From the human T2T-CHM13v2.0 reference genome, Homo sapiens: a stretch of 64,000 nt of DNA. Location: assembly GCF_009914755.1 (NCBI RefSeq), contig NC_060926.1; one strand, given 5' to 3'. The notes under the pieces were generated by a model, which saw only the letters and a list, made by a program, of their open reading frames with translations, did no database searches and was not told the DNA's origin. Within the stretch, counting starts at the first letter, position 1. Each line of letters begins with the position of its first letter. The translations under genes and the position numbers were made by a program. Below, piece by piece: positions 28,396-43,790 of this stretch.

Positions 28396-29817
28396 CTAGC
28401 CATATTCAGTTTTAAAGGTTGCTGTCTCTACTGAAAGCCTCTGTGCCTAGAAGGCCCTTTCCCCACCTGACAACATCCTACTTAACCTTGAAGACACTCA
28501 AGAACATCAGTTCCCTGAGATGACCTCCAGTGCCCTCAAACAGAACTGTACATCCCAATTTTATGTTTAGAGCTCTAATGTGGCACTTCACTTTACTGTA
28601 CATTGGCTATTTCTTTTTCTGCCTCTGCCAAGCTGAGCTCTCTGACAGCCTTTCTGTCTATATCCTCAGTGCCTGGCACACAGTAGCTACTTAATAAATC
28701 TATATAGAAGGATAGAATGGCCATGAAAAGGAGATAATATGTGAACTTTATTGAAGGAGACGTTCAGAAAATAAGGCTGTTATGCAACATCAAGTCTGTC
28801 AGTTCGGAGTTGTGTGGTTGGGGACCTTCAGCAGGAGACAGAATGAGATTCTATGCCATCATTGCATACAGTCCTATCACAAAGGAATAGCACCACGCAT
28901 TTTTATACTATATAAAAATAAAATAAAATTCCCAGGTTTCTTGACATGAAAACTAAATCCAGGTAATCTTCTGTTTAACATTTAACAGACTAAAAATCAA
29001 CAGGCACAGTAGGAAATGAACCACCATTTCACCTCTAAATCTGTGTTCATCCACTTTATGGAGAATCCTTCTGACAATTCTAAGTTTAAACAAATCTTTG
29101 TGAAAAGAGTATTCCAGCAGGTTTAATGTAGTCACAGCTGTCAAAATCACGGGCAATGCATCATACTTAAGAGAGCATTTGAAAATGTGTCAATAATTAT
29201 AATTACACACTTGTAGCAGATCTAATATACTTTCACCACCCTTTAACTTCAACTGATGTGAAATTAAAGCCAGTTACTTAAAAATGCAACTCTTAGATCA
29301 TAATTTAATCCTAAAGTAGATATAAAACCTGTCACACTAGAGAGGTACAGTACATTTTACTCAAGAGGATAAAAGGCCACGGCATTATAATACATCATTT
29401 TAGGTAAGGTGACCACCTTTAATGTGGAAAGGGTAAAATACATTATCTAGCTGACATAATTTTGAATATTTACTTTATCCATTTGTATTTAAAGATTGTC
29501 TCTTCAAAATTATGCATGACCCACAGCACAGAGATAACTGCTAAACTTTAGGATTATTTCCTACCAATCTTTTTTTTCTCTACATCCATATATATACGTT
29601 AACTACAAATATGAAAGTGTACTATGTTTCATGTTTATGTTTATGGAACTGTACTACAGAACTGTACATAATTTATATGAAAGGAATTATACTATGTTTT
29701 GAGTGTCCTGCTTTTTTCATGTAATATTTTGTGTACTCTCTATAGTCATTCATTCATTGCAACAATTTCTGTGTGCCTCCTATGCATAAGACAGCATACT
29801 AGGCACAGGATAAACAT

Positions 29818-29859
<42 letters not shown>

Positions 29860-30083
29860 AAACAGACATACCTTGTATTTACTAATATATATATAAGGTA
29901 GTATCTGTAAGATACGGAAAATAATTAAGGCTCAAACTAGATGGAATAGCCAACAAAAGCCTCTTTGAAAAGGTAACTACTTTTAAAATGAGATCTGTCT
30001 CTGAAAATTCATCAAAAATAGTATTTTTAGTGATTACATAAAATTCCATTCTATGAATATATATAAACCTAACCGCTGCTGTA

Positions 30084-31575
<1,492 letters not shown>

Positions 31576-32582
31576 CTATAATCACACTTGGACACCACAC
31601 TTGGCCAAATTCCCATTAAATTTTGTTTACTTGGGTTTCAGTTTTTAAATAGATCTAGTTTGACAATCAGCAGGAAATCCAATCATCTTTTTAAGCAATA
31701 CTGGCTAAATATCTCAAAATTTCCAAAAATTCCTATTTTACCTTCACATTACAAAATATCAAAAGCTCAAAAGATCAAATTCAAAAGATTAGTTCAAAAG
31801 ATCAAAAGCTACCTCTTATGGTCTGTTCCGAAGTCATAAATAAAATTTTGCTGTTTCTTAAAAACTGTCTATCATAGCCCTACTGCTTTTTTTACAGCTA
31901 TTATAAAAATAAAACTTTTTCCTTAAGTCTAAAAATCCATTGCCTCCACTCTTGATCAATAATAAAAAGCTGACTATATGAGTTTCCTGGTCACTAAATG
32001 CCTACTTACCACTCACCATATTTTTTTTTTTTTAAAAAGGTGATCAGCCATATAAGCTCTGCTTTTAATGTAAAGCACACACCAGACATAGTGCTTTAAA
32101 ACAATCAAAGTAAAGCTGTGGTTAGCAAGGCTTCCAAAGCCCAGAGTTCTTTATAGACTCAAACTTACACAGGAAAAAAAAAAAAAAAAAATCATAAAGC
32201 TCCATTTACTGGAAGGACCAAAAAAGAGTGAGACTGAGAGAATCAACAAATTACTAAACTTTAGAAATAACTAAGCCTGTGCCCTTCTTAACAAATGAGG
32301 AAAGGAAAGCACCACAAAGACAAAGGTTAAGAAAATGACTTTCTTAGGCCACACAATTGGTTTACACCAGACAACAGGCTAGCATTTGAGTCTTAAGGGT
32401 CATCCTCTCGTTATCACCACACCACATTGCTTCACAAATAAAAAGCAAAAATCCAATTCACGGCACAACCTATACTGAAATTTAAAATGCAAATATCCCT
32501 TGATTCAGCAATTCCAATCCTTGGTATTTATCTCCAGATACACAGGAGATAGATGATTGATAGATAGATAGACAGACAGATA

Positions 32583-32895
<313 letters not shown>

Positions 32896-32942
<47 letters not shown>
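32896..32942. repeat. (GATA)11 tetranucleotide microsatellite
   Basis: Direct reading. Confidence 0.97.
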
Positions 32943-32959
32943 TGACTGATTGATTTCTG

Positions 32960-33030
32960 CAGGCGTGGGGATATATTTCAAGACCCCCAGTGAATGCCCG
33001 AAACCTCAGGTAGTACTGAACTCTATCTAT
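32960..33030 (+). mobile_element. MER2 (Tigger-derived) 5' fragment
   Basis: GGGGATATATTTCAAGACCCCCAGTGAATGCCCGAAACC...TAGTACTGAACTCTAT. Confidence 0.7.
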
Positions 33031-35279
33031 GGACAGTCCCTGAATTAAAACGGTTTCACTGTACACCCTTCCTGTACTTCAAATCTTGTATTGTGCACAC
33101 ATATTCCTGTCATAATATGACTAGTATCAAAAACATAAAACAAAATAATAAAGTTATTTTATTTCTAGGAAAAAATGTATAGGAACTCATATTACTGTGC
33201 ACATGTAATGAAATAAAGCTATCTAGGAACGAAAAACAAAAACACCAATTTGAATTAAACCAAAAATGTCAGAGTTGTATGGCCCCAGAAGGAGACAAGC
33301 CTCTATGAGAACAAAAGAAATGCCCTCCTGGAAGATTTCCATGTACAACACTCACATCTGAGACAGATTCACCGCACTTGGGCTTAGAATGTCCTAAAAC
33401 AATAAGACTTTTAGGGATCAAAAGGGAACCAAGTAGGAGAAGAGAGAGGAGCTGAGGTGGACATAGCTGATTAAGAAACAATAAGTTGGAGGGAATCCTA
33501 AGCAAACAAGCCAAGGGAGGCGGGGGGGAAAGCTTCTCTGAATTTGAAAAGGACATTCCATTCTAAACTGGTTAAAAGCAAGGATAAATCTCAAGCAGAG
33601 AGCATTTTCCTCTGGCATTTTTTTCCCCATCTTGGAGCTCCGGCAACTTCTTTTTCACATTTTATATCATCTATGATACCAAGAAAAGGTCACTATTAGA
33701 ATCAGTTTTACCTTAATAAGGCTCAGTGAAATAGGCACAGACATAAGTTACAGGTGTCACCCATCAAACAGCATGTCTGCCTTTGATTCTATGAGCAGAT
33801 GTTTTATCAGTTTCCCATGTTCAAAAGTTGGAGACTGTTATTTTACTCCTCTATTCGGATAAACATTTGATTTATTTGCAAGATATGGCACTTGACCCCA
33901 AAAAGTCAATAACAGACTTTGAACTGTTTGTAGCTGGTTCATTTTATCATTCAGACCTCAACCCACTTCTTCCCATTTCCAAAAGGAAGCTCTCCCCCAG
34001 GACATTCTCATCCTCTCACCAATCACCAGTACAAATCCAATAGCCAATACAAAGCCAAAGCCCCAAACCCTATCTCCAGAGTTTCAGTTCCATTTTCCCA
34101 GCTTCTCACAGGGCTCAAGTAAGCATTCTTCTGGGTTCTTGCTCTCCCAGAACCTCAAACCCAACGCCACAATCCATTCCAACCCAGGTGCTCTTGGCAA
34201 CCTTCCATTTTCTTTTAAGAGCAACACCATTCTCCCAGTCATCCAGGTTCCAAAAGTCACATATGTTTGCCCAACCCCTACCCTCCCTCTCATTGCAAAA
34301 GTAATTTATTCACCAAGCCCTATGGCTTCTCCAGCCCAAGGCTAAAACCCTAGTTCCATCTATTCTCATTTCCTCCTGGCTTCTGGGCATCCCACTCCAC
34401 TAGACCAATCATCCTTGGCTAACAGAAGGCTATGTGCCAAGGCCTCAAACTCATACACCTATAGGGTCAATCCAGTTAGCCTACAGGAACAAACAAACAA
34501 ACCTGTCAGTGCAAGAACAATAAACAGCAACTAACACCGAGCCTCAGTGTCTGGGAGAAAACAGGATGAACTGAGACAGTAGCAGCCACAGCACACACAT
34601 CTCCCTCAGACAGACATGGTCAAAAGATCTGGCAGTTTCTTGCAGGAAGGAATATGGCCCTGGGGCTGCCAGAGTTTTCAGTGTTGCAGGAGCAGCTGGA
34701 CATTTCGATTTTTTTTTTATGAAAATGTCCCCCATTTTTACATGTTAGCAACCATGTTTTTTTTTTTTAATGTTTTAAATACAGTATCAAACAGGACAGA
34801 ACTCTGAGGTATACTGAGCTCAGAGACCACCAGTTTTCAACCTCTGCTCTGGTGCACTGATGGTGATGTGGGAATTTACAGCCTGAGTTAAAGTTCAGAT
34901 GTGTAACCTTAGACATTTATATCACCTCTCTATGCCTCAGTTTCTCCTTCTATAAAATGGGCATTAGAGCAGGTACTTCATGGAGTGTGAGTGAGCATTA
35001 AATGAGATAATGAAAGGGGCCAGACCAAGGCCTGCTTTCATGCCTTAACTTCCAGCCTGTCATTCAAAGTAAGCCATAATGTGCCTCTAAATCTCCCTTT
35101 CTAAGCTTGCTCCTATGGTGCTCATCTTGATGTGCTCTACAGAGTCAAGTCACATCACAAAGCACTTTTAACTGTGAATGTGCTGTTCCTTTCGGTTGTC
35201 TAAGGTCTCGCATGCCACCCTGAGAAGCTGCATCCCAGGACACATAGTCTGAGACTAGTGATTAAAAATATGTGCAACT

Positions 35280-35575
35280 GCCAGGCACGGTGGCTAGCGC
35301 CTGTAATCCCAGCACTCTGAGAGGCCGAGGTGGGTGAATCACGAGGTCAGGACTTCAAGACCAGCCTGGCCAACATGGTGAAACCCCATCTCTACTAAAA
35401 ATGAAAAAAAAAAATAGCTGGGCATGGTGGTGAGTGCCTGTAATCCCAGCTACTCGGGAGGCTGAGGCAGGAGAATCGCTTCAACCCAAGGTGGAAGTTG
35501 CAGTGAGCCGAGATCGCGCCACGGCACTCCAGCCCAGGTGACAGTGCGAGACTCCATCTCAAAAAAAAAAAAAAA
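35280..35575 (+). mobile_element. AluS (Sg-like)
   Basis: Full-length; TSD-like ...TGCAACT on both sides. Confidence 0.93.
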
Positions 35576-38500
35576 TCTGCAACTATCTTTTCTATAACTT
35601 GGCCTCTAAATAAAAAACAAGCCCCTTATATTTACTTGCCCCATTCTCTCTTTTTGGAATGTTGCCTATGCTACAACCTATACACATACAGATACCTCTC
35701 AAAATAACATCCAATTGGTACCTCTTTCAGAGGCCAGCCAAACAGCCACCTCCTTAAAGGTGTTGGTTGATCCTCTGTAACTTGTGACCAAGATATTCAG
35801 AGTTCTGCCACTAATAGTTACATGTATAATTATTCACTCCCTTACTCAAGTGCACCTTAATATTAACTTGACAATAACTGAGCTTTCTATGCCCAACCTT
35901 ACCTAGAGGAAGACTTGATAAATGCTCAATAAATAAGGGACAAAGAAGACGGGAAAAGATGAAGGAAGAGGAAAGCAAGATTTTAATGATAAGGACAATG
36001 ACAACAATTAAGCTCTTGTGTCTTTGAATGCAAAGAGCTGTCCCTACTAACCACATGCTTTCATTTTTTATTTCTGAACAATATATGGGGGTCATCTTCC
36101 CCACCTCCCTCTCATCCTTTGGGTGTGTGTAACCTCAGCTTCCCCTTATTCCTGAAAGTCAACAACCTCTTCAAGTATAATCTAAATAAACAGGGAGTTA
36201 AGTGGCTCCTGCCACCATTCTAAATGAATCAGCCCCACCTTTGATGCTGATGGGGATCAAGATGATGATGATGATGCACACTGGAGCTGGTCCAAATCAC
36301 GTATTACTCACTTTAATCTGATTTGGAAACAATACACAGAAAAAATAATCTGGCAAGGGAGAGGGGCATAGGGGTAAGAACTTTCTATAGAATGACAGAA
36401 ATCCACACAAAAAGAAAACGAAAGTCTCATCCAGACTAGCAACTATTCAATAAACAAACTAAGGCTAATTTCCACAATACCTAGAACAGTTTTTTCTCTA
36501 ACTGCTTATTAGGACCCATTAGCAAGTTGTAAAATCAGTTTAGTATATAAAGACTAGAATTTTTAAAATAAAAATTGAATATTAATTAAAAAGCATTATA
36601 ATATTTTTGTAGAACTTGTAATTCAGCTTTATTTTTAACACCTGTGCACATGCATATGTGTTTGTGTGTGTACCAGGTCATGATATAAAATGTACTGCTG
36701 AGTGTTAAAATGTTTTAAAAATACTGAAATAGAACATTTATGTTTATATAAAGTAATCTCTGCTGACTGAGCTTTTCTGTTTTTTACTAGGCCATCCTCA
36801 TAATATATTTGTTCTTGCCACCTATTGTTCACAACAACTTGGGTTCTTCAAGTTCAAGATAAGCATATGAAAACTGTATGAAAAATAGCACTGGGCACAT
36901 GTGTCCCTTACTCCTGAAAAGGAAGGTGTCACTCTAGATAACCACCTACACTTTCACTCCTATGCATATTTCTATCTTGTGTAAGTCCCTGACATCAAGA
37001 CAAGGGATATTCATCCCTAAGCTCCTGCCTTTATGGTCATGTTTGCTTATATGCATTAACTCACTACTTACAGAGAGTAAATCAAGCACATCTTACTTTC
37101 ACCCCAAGCGTAGCCAACACTCATCAATAGCTGCAATAGTGGAAGTTTCGGAACTTGGTTTAAAACATCACTCAACCCATCCCTTCTATTCCAGAATGCT
37201 TTTTCTCAAGTTCTTCTTATTGCACATTTTCCTCAGTACCCACGTTCCAAACTCTCAAGTATCGTCCCATTTCTAATATCCAACTTTGCCCAAGATCACC
37301 CCACCTTCGTTCTCCCCTCTGTACATTTCTAAAGTTCAAGGTTATATTTTTGGAGGGCCTATCAATATTCTTCCAGAACTGGCTAAAACGGAATCCCCCA
37401 AATCAGAGTAATCTTGCTTTTCGATGGCATGGTGATATTAATAGCCAATCTTGGCTTTCATAGATGAGCAAAAGCACACACCCATCAAGTATTCAAGATG
37501 AAAAGTTATATGTGGTATGTCCACTGATTTCAGCCCTTAAAAATCTCTCAAAAGAGGAGTTTACTTTGGATTCCACCCATTTTCCAAAGAGGTCACCTAC
37601 ATTTTTCCACCTCTCACATAAGCATGGCCCACCACTACGTTTTCACTGTCAACTGTTTGGAAACATATGCAACAGGAAAAAGTCAAGAGTAAAGTAATTG
37701 ATTCACTGAGTGTCTGGGTCCTAACTATAAATAATGAAGGATTCCCTGCTCTGTGGGATATAAAAAATTAGTGAGATATTCTTCTCAAAAATGGAAGCAT
37801 CACTCTTAAATATAAAAAGAAAGAAAGAAACATATGCTGAAAAGAACACAATAAATGTTTGTGGAATTGACTAAGCACAGGTTACAACATTAAGCACTGA
37901 GAAGAGGTATCAAAAGCAGTTCCTTCTACATAGAATGTCTTTCGTCCCCACTTTCCAAACTCATCCTTACGGACCACAGTGACTGGTATCATCTTGTCAG
38001 CAATCTCCCTGGTTCCCTAGAAGACTAGGTCCCTTTGCTCCCTTAATATGCAATCATCCATTCATTCTCTCGGCAATTCAAAAACAATTTATTGACTGTG
38101 TGGTCTAGGCCAGGCATTGTGTTAGGTGCAAAAGTTACACAAAAGATGAATAAGACAGTCCCTTGCCTCAAGGAGCCCAGGGAGAGAATTTGAAAGGTTT
38201 TAAGTTGGTGAAGAGCAATGACTTGTGTAGAAAGAATCAATGGAGGAATGAACAACTTGAAGTCCTTGCCCTCAAAGAGATCAATCACATCCCAGAATAA
38301 GAAATGGGGATGATAAAACCTAGGAGACTGTCGAAAGGCAAAATGGCAAAATCCAGAAAGCATTCTTGCTTGCAGTAAGATTACTCTGAGCCTTGAAGAA
38401 TCTGGGTCCCCCAAAAAGGAGGGGAGTGAGGGGCAATGCAGAGACCAGAACAGCCAGGGTTTGGCCTCAAGATGAATGAGAACTGACCTTGGGTGATCCC

Positions 38501-41500
38501 TCAGGACACTTATGCTAAAAGTGGTCTCACCCCATCCCCCTCTTCAAAACAACTTTCACCTACTGCACAAACCTCCACAAAATTTAGGAAGACTGAAATT
38601 TAAAGTTACTTTCCCAGTCACAGAAATAAAGGCCAAATACCCAGAGTCAACAATGAAGTAACTCTAATGGGCAAAGTGGAATGTTGGTCAGAGAGTGAAA
38701 CCCAAAAATCAAACAACTGAATAGCCGTGGCTCTGGAAAACAAAGCTCTGATGGATCACATAAGAGCCTTTATACATATAAACAATCTCACATTTCCAGA
38801 ACTGCCTAGAAGCGCACAGGAATAGTATTCGAATGTGTGGTTAGTTTGAATATTAGGGGCAGAGGGTGTATTTGTGTTAACTCAGAAAAGGAAGCTGCCG
38901 AATATCTTATTAGTTAATTTTGAGAGTGTGAGTTCAAGCAAAACTACCTCCCATCTGAACCAAAGGCTGTGATGTGCCAACCACACCAAACTGATGAGGC
39001 TCTTTCAAAAGGAGTCTTTCATTTGAATGTCCTTCCAACAGACAAACCCTAGTTTAGAACTTCTGATTCTTAAACTTAACATGGCAAGCAAGAGCATTCT
39101 ATGGCCAACTGCTAAAAATGAGGAGGTAAATCTTCCATTTGGTTCTTCTGAGAGCTGGAATTGGCCACAGAAAGAAACACAAAGTTTTCACTCCAAAAGA
39201 TCAAAGAAGGTATTTTGTACCAGGAAACCCAATTCCAAATCCTCATTTCCAGGAATAAAGCCACAGTGCCCGGTGCTTGCTTGGGAAAATAAAACAGGAG
39301 ATTCTGCGGATTCCAATTAAAATTTCTGATGGCTTTATTTCCCAGCCTCACCAGTTTAATGTTGTTAACATTTCATCCAGGCCCTGCTTTAACTTAAATA
39401 CTGCTTCCAGCTCTGAATGGTCACACCTTACTACTGGGTAAAAAGGAAGGTGTCTTAACACTTCATGACAGTATTCTTTGCCCCATCCCAAGTGCTAGAT
39501 ATATAAGACAAGGTGATGCTGAAAAGTGCTAGCTTCAGCCCAGCCTGTGTCTCCCATAACTACAGCCAGGTGAAACCTCACTGCAGCCCACACTATTTAG
39601 TTGCAATATTGGAAAGGAGAGTAGAAGCAGGAGAAAATAGGGGAGGAGGGGGACATACCTCAACCTTATTCAAATATAACAAACAATGAGCTTGCTTTAC
39701 AATTATTTCCTGGGGTCTTATCGATCAGCCAGTAGTTACTGTGTGCCCACTGCAAACAAGGCACCAAGCTAAATCTATAGTCAGCATAGTGCAGTAAAAT
39801 ATTCCCTAAGTAATCATTATGTTAATGGTTATGTGTTTAATTTTCTTTATCATTTTAGAAAAAATGTATTGTGTATGTAGGTTATAAAGTCTAAAAATAA
39901 AATCAGCACCTATGAACCCATCACCCAATCCAAAAACCAGAACATCACCAACACTGTATCATCTACCTACTTCCTCCATTTTTATTCCAGGTCCCTGCAA
40001 CATACACACACTCCACATAATCATTATTCTGAAGTTGGGGTTTCGGTGCAAGTACAAACGCATATTTATGACTACCTCCTATTCCTAACAAGTGAGTTGG
40101 CTTTCCAAATATGGTAGTAATACATAATTTCCTCTCAAAAAAATGATGTCTTTAGGTTCTTTTCTTTAAGTGAATCATTGCTTTAAAGAAAAATATTAAT
40201 AGAGTAAGTGGGACTCAGCCATGGTAAACTCAGGAAGACAGTATGTGAGTGAATGAACTTTGACAATCACTGGCAAAAGTGGCCAAGAACATGAGTTCTG
40301 AAGTCCTGCAGACCTCTGGTTCAAATCCCCATTCTACCACTGAAATTTGCCAAGCCTCAATTTCTTATTGTAGGACGGTAAAATAATAATAAGACATATG
40401 GTGTTTGTGGAAATGTCATGAAAAAGTACCTGTGAAGAGCTGAGCCCAGTGCCTAGCACATATCCAGCACCCCTAAACTATCCTGTCATTAAAGCCACCC
40501 AAACATATCAAAGAGTTTTGCCACCATCAGTGGTTTGCTTCTCCAGAATTCCTACTGAGTTGGGCATGAGATCGCTTCACATAAAAATAAATCAAGATGC
40601 AGAGATCCAAGAGCAGAACAAGCCACAGACTACAGCTCCCAGCCCCAGCATTGATTCCATCTTCACCTCATGACCTTGAAGAGCAGAATCATTTTTCAAA
40701 TCCATTTCTGTCCTGTCCCCCCTCCCTCAGAAGACTGGACTACTCAATCCAAGCCTGAGAATTACCTAGAAGCCTATCATGACAATCATGGGACTAGTTC
40801 AGTCCAATCTAGGGCAAGATAGAGGCATAACCTCTATCTCCTGACTCAATCTCTGTTATACCTTCCTTGGACACATGAAGAAAACTGGCAAATCACTACT
40901 TTGAAAAAAATTCGTTACAAATCTATTAATCAAATTAAGTTCCTCACTTCTGAAATTAATACATTACATTCCTGAATATGGCATCTTTACTCTGAATCCT
41001 TAATATTCCTTTAAATTCCTCACAGATAACAACAAACTTGCTAGAATTCAAATGATCACTCTCTTCCAAGGTACAAAAGTTGTAAGACTACTATCTAAAT
41101 CAAGTTTTATTTAAAACCACCCTCTCCATTTCAAGTAAAACTCAACAACACAGCTGGAAAAGGAGGGCATGAACCCAATCTATAATCATCCCAATCCTTA
41201 GTCTTTGTCACCTATCCAGAATTTATCTATCCATCATTCACCACCTGTGAGTACCTGCATAAGGGGTAATAGCAGAAATGCTATTATCCAACACCCAGTT
41301 ACATCAACTTAAGGCCTAGATTTCAGCTTCAAAAGAATTCCATTTTTTAAAATTCCAAGACAGAAAATAAAAACAAGTGAATCATAAAATAAGTGATCGA
41401 GGTCCCATCCAGGCATAAGATAACCTCCTGACCCCTATGTCCCCATCAGTGAAATGGATGAGGCCCATATTTCAAACTTAAGCAGTCTGCACACTATGAA

Positions 41501-41939
41501 GCTGCATGGCGAGGCCGATGTCTGAGGTCAGCACAAGTCTAGTGTCTGCTGGCTGCCCAAGCCTGGGCCCCTGGCCAGCAACCCACCTCCAGAGACAAGT
41601 GCCAGGACATACTATAGTGTTTCCATTTAAGGCCCGCCACTTGGATCAGCCCATCTCTGAAATTTCTTAACACCACCTTTCCAGGAAGAATTTTTTTGGG
41701 GAAAAGGGAGGTGGTGTCTATTTTTTGCCACCGCCTTCCCTTGGGCTGTCAGAGCAATCTGCATCTCTGGGACAGGATTCTTTAAAACCACTGGGTTATG
41801 TCTCAATTCATGGGCCTCTTCTCAAAAATATGTAAAAACATGTATGGAACGGGCCCCTTTGCCCATCATCTAACTCTTATCATACATCCCTCAAAAAAGA
41901 AAGAAAAGCCCAATAAAATTGACAAGTCCATTGTATTAC

Positions 41940-42187
41940 CTTGCTGCCTCTCTCCAAAAGCCAAATTCATGACAACTTTTTAACCAAGACTTTTCTTCTG
42001 TTACTAAGTGGAACGTTTTCTTCTCTAAGTAGCTTTTCTCCCATGCAAGCAGCGTTCAAATCTCCAGGGGAAAGGAGGGGTGGGGAGGGGGTGGGAGACT
42101 ATCTGGCACAAACTGGACAGAGCCGAGCCAGTCTAGAACCCGACGGAAGTTACTGAATCCAGCGGCCCCAGAGGCCCACATCTCTTC
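41940..42187 (-). other. ACVR1: ACVR1 alternative non-coding first exon (proximal promoter)
   Basis: Minus strand GAAGAGATGTGGGCCTCTGGGGCCGCTGGATTC...GGAGAGAGGCAGCAAG|GTAATA matches a recalled ACVR1 mRNA leader. Donor at 41939, ETS site CGGAAGT at 42144, CCAAT (minus strand) near 42390. Start position approximate. Confidence 0.82.
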
Positions 42188-42562
42188 TTAGTGCGCCCGA
42201 GGTTCTAGCCTCACTGTTTTGGTTACAGTGTTGAAGGAAGGGTTTTAAACTTGGCAAAGTACCGTGCAACATCTGTAACCACATTTGCCTTCTGGGGATC
42301 GGAAGATGAATCCCACATTCCTGGCTTTGAAGCTTTTTGAAACTGCAGCTAGGAAGAACCGAGGGAGGGAGGGAGTTGAGCAGAGTTTATTGGCTGTCTC
42401 TCCAGCAGAAAATTCCTCTTGGAAGAGATGGATATTTTGAGGGTGGGGGAAATTCGCCTATCTATCTCCTTACTCTCTACAAGCTCAGCTAGGAAGGTAA
42501 GCCCCGTGGCCCCGCGGCCAGATCGATTTACAAGTCAGAGTCGCACACCCTGAAGGAGTTCA

Positions 42563-42598
42563 CAACACACACACACACACACGCACTCACACACACCC
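42563..42598. repeat. Imperfect (CA)n between the two promoters
   Basis: ACACACACACACACACGCACTCACACACAC. Confidence 0.9.
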
Positions 42599-42869
42599 CA
42601 ATACAAACCTGAGACCCCCGCTCCACGCCTCTGCCCCCCCACCCCCCATATCCCACCAGCAGTTCAGGCCCAAAGCAAGACAGTTTTGTTCCGCGGCTGC
42701 TTCCCCCACGGAGAGGGGATCAAGCTTGGGGGAGAAAGGAATGAAAGCGAGGGGGAGGCACCGCAGACGCCCACCCTGCCACCCCCGATCCCTGCCTCTT
42801 CTCCCGCTAGGCTACCTCCTCCCTCAGTCCTCCCGGCTCCAGCAGGCGCGGCCGGCGACCTGCGCTCAC

Positions 42870-43404
42870 CTCGGGTCCCGCCGCGGCCGGGGGCTGAGCC
42901 GGGGGAGGCGGAGTGCGAGGCAGCCGGGCGCTGCAGGTCGGCGCGGCGCGGGGCGGCGCGGGGCGGGGCGGGGCGGTGCAGCCGGCGAGGGAGCCCGGAA
43001 CTCTGCGGGGCCGGGAGCCGGGGGCCGAGGGCCGGCCCAGAGCGGCGGCGGCTGCGGTGGCTGCAGCGGAGCGGTGCGTGGGGCCGGGAGCTTCCCGGCC
43101 CTGGGGCCGGCGCGGCTGGCCGAGGAGCAGGCTGGCAGCGGCAGCGGCGGCAGCGGCAGCCACCCGGGGGAAAGAGCCGGGGGAGGGCGGGGAGGCGGGG
43201 TGAAGAGGAGGAGGAAGGGGAGGAGGGCGGGCAGAATAAACTTCCCGAGGCGCAGAGGCTCGGGCTGGGAGCACGACCGCGGGCGGGGCGGGCGGACCAG
43301 CTGGGCTTGCCCCCGGGGGCGGCGGGGGAGACCGTCACAGAGAGTAGAAAAGTTCCCCCTGCGCCGAGGGGGAGGCTGCGGCGGCGGCGGCGGCTGCAAA
43401 GAGC
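42870..43404 (-). other. ACVR1: ACVR1 main non-coding exon 1 (TSS heterogeneous, upper bound approximate)
   Basis: ...GGCTGCCTCGCACTCCGCC...GCCGCGGCGGGACCCGAG|GTGAGC, donor at 42869; matches recalled ACVR1 leader; no ATG on the minus strand. Confidence 0.85.
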
Positions 43405-43599
43405 AGGAGCCGGAGCGGGAGGAGCGGGAGGAGGAGGAGGAGGAAGTGGCTGCGGAGCGCTCGGCCAATGAGTGTCTGGAGCTGTGATTAACCAGGCAGC
43501 AACACATCATTTCCTCCCGGCGCGGATCCAGGGAGCCGGGAGGGGAGAGAGGAGGCGGCGGGGCGGGGCCGTCCCCGCGCCCCCTGCAGGCGCCCGGCC

Positions 43600-43790
43600 G
43601 AGGGCGAGCCCGCCGAGCCCCGCCGAGCCTGACCGCGCCGCCCCCGGCGCGCCTGGCGCTGTCTGGCCGGTCGCTTGGCCCGGGTGGAAGCTATGAGCGC
43701 GCCGCCAGCGGGGCTCCTCGGAGGCGGCGGGGCAGGCCCGAGCTGGGCTCCTGTGGCCGGGGTGGGAGGAGAAGAGGCCGCGCGGCACGG
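43600..43790 (+). ncRNA. Putative first exon of a divergent plus-strand transcript (possibly a distal non-coding leader of UPP2); start uncertain
   Basis: Consensus donor CGG|GTGAGT at 43791 at the distal edge of the CpG island; UPP2 is, from memory, the next plus-strand gene. Confidence 0.5.

Noticed and set aside
31760-31812. Repeated TCAAAAG/AGATCAAA words resembling a TCF/LEF cluster
   Set aside because: None matches WWCAAAG exactly, and A-rich low complexity explains it.
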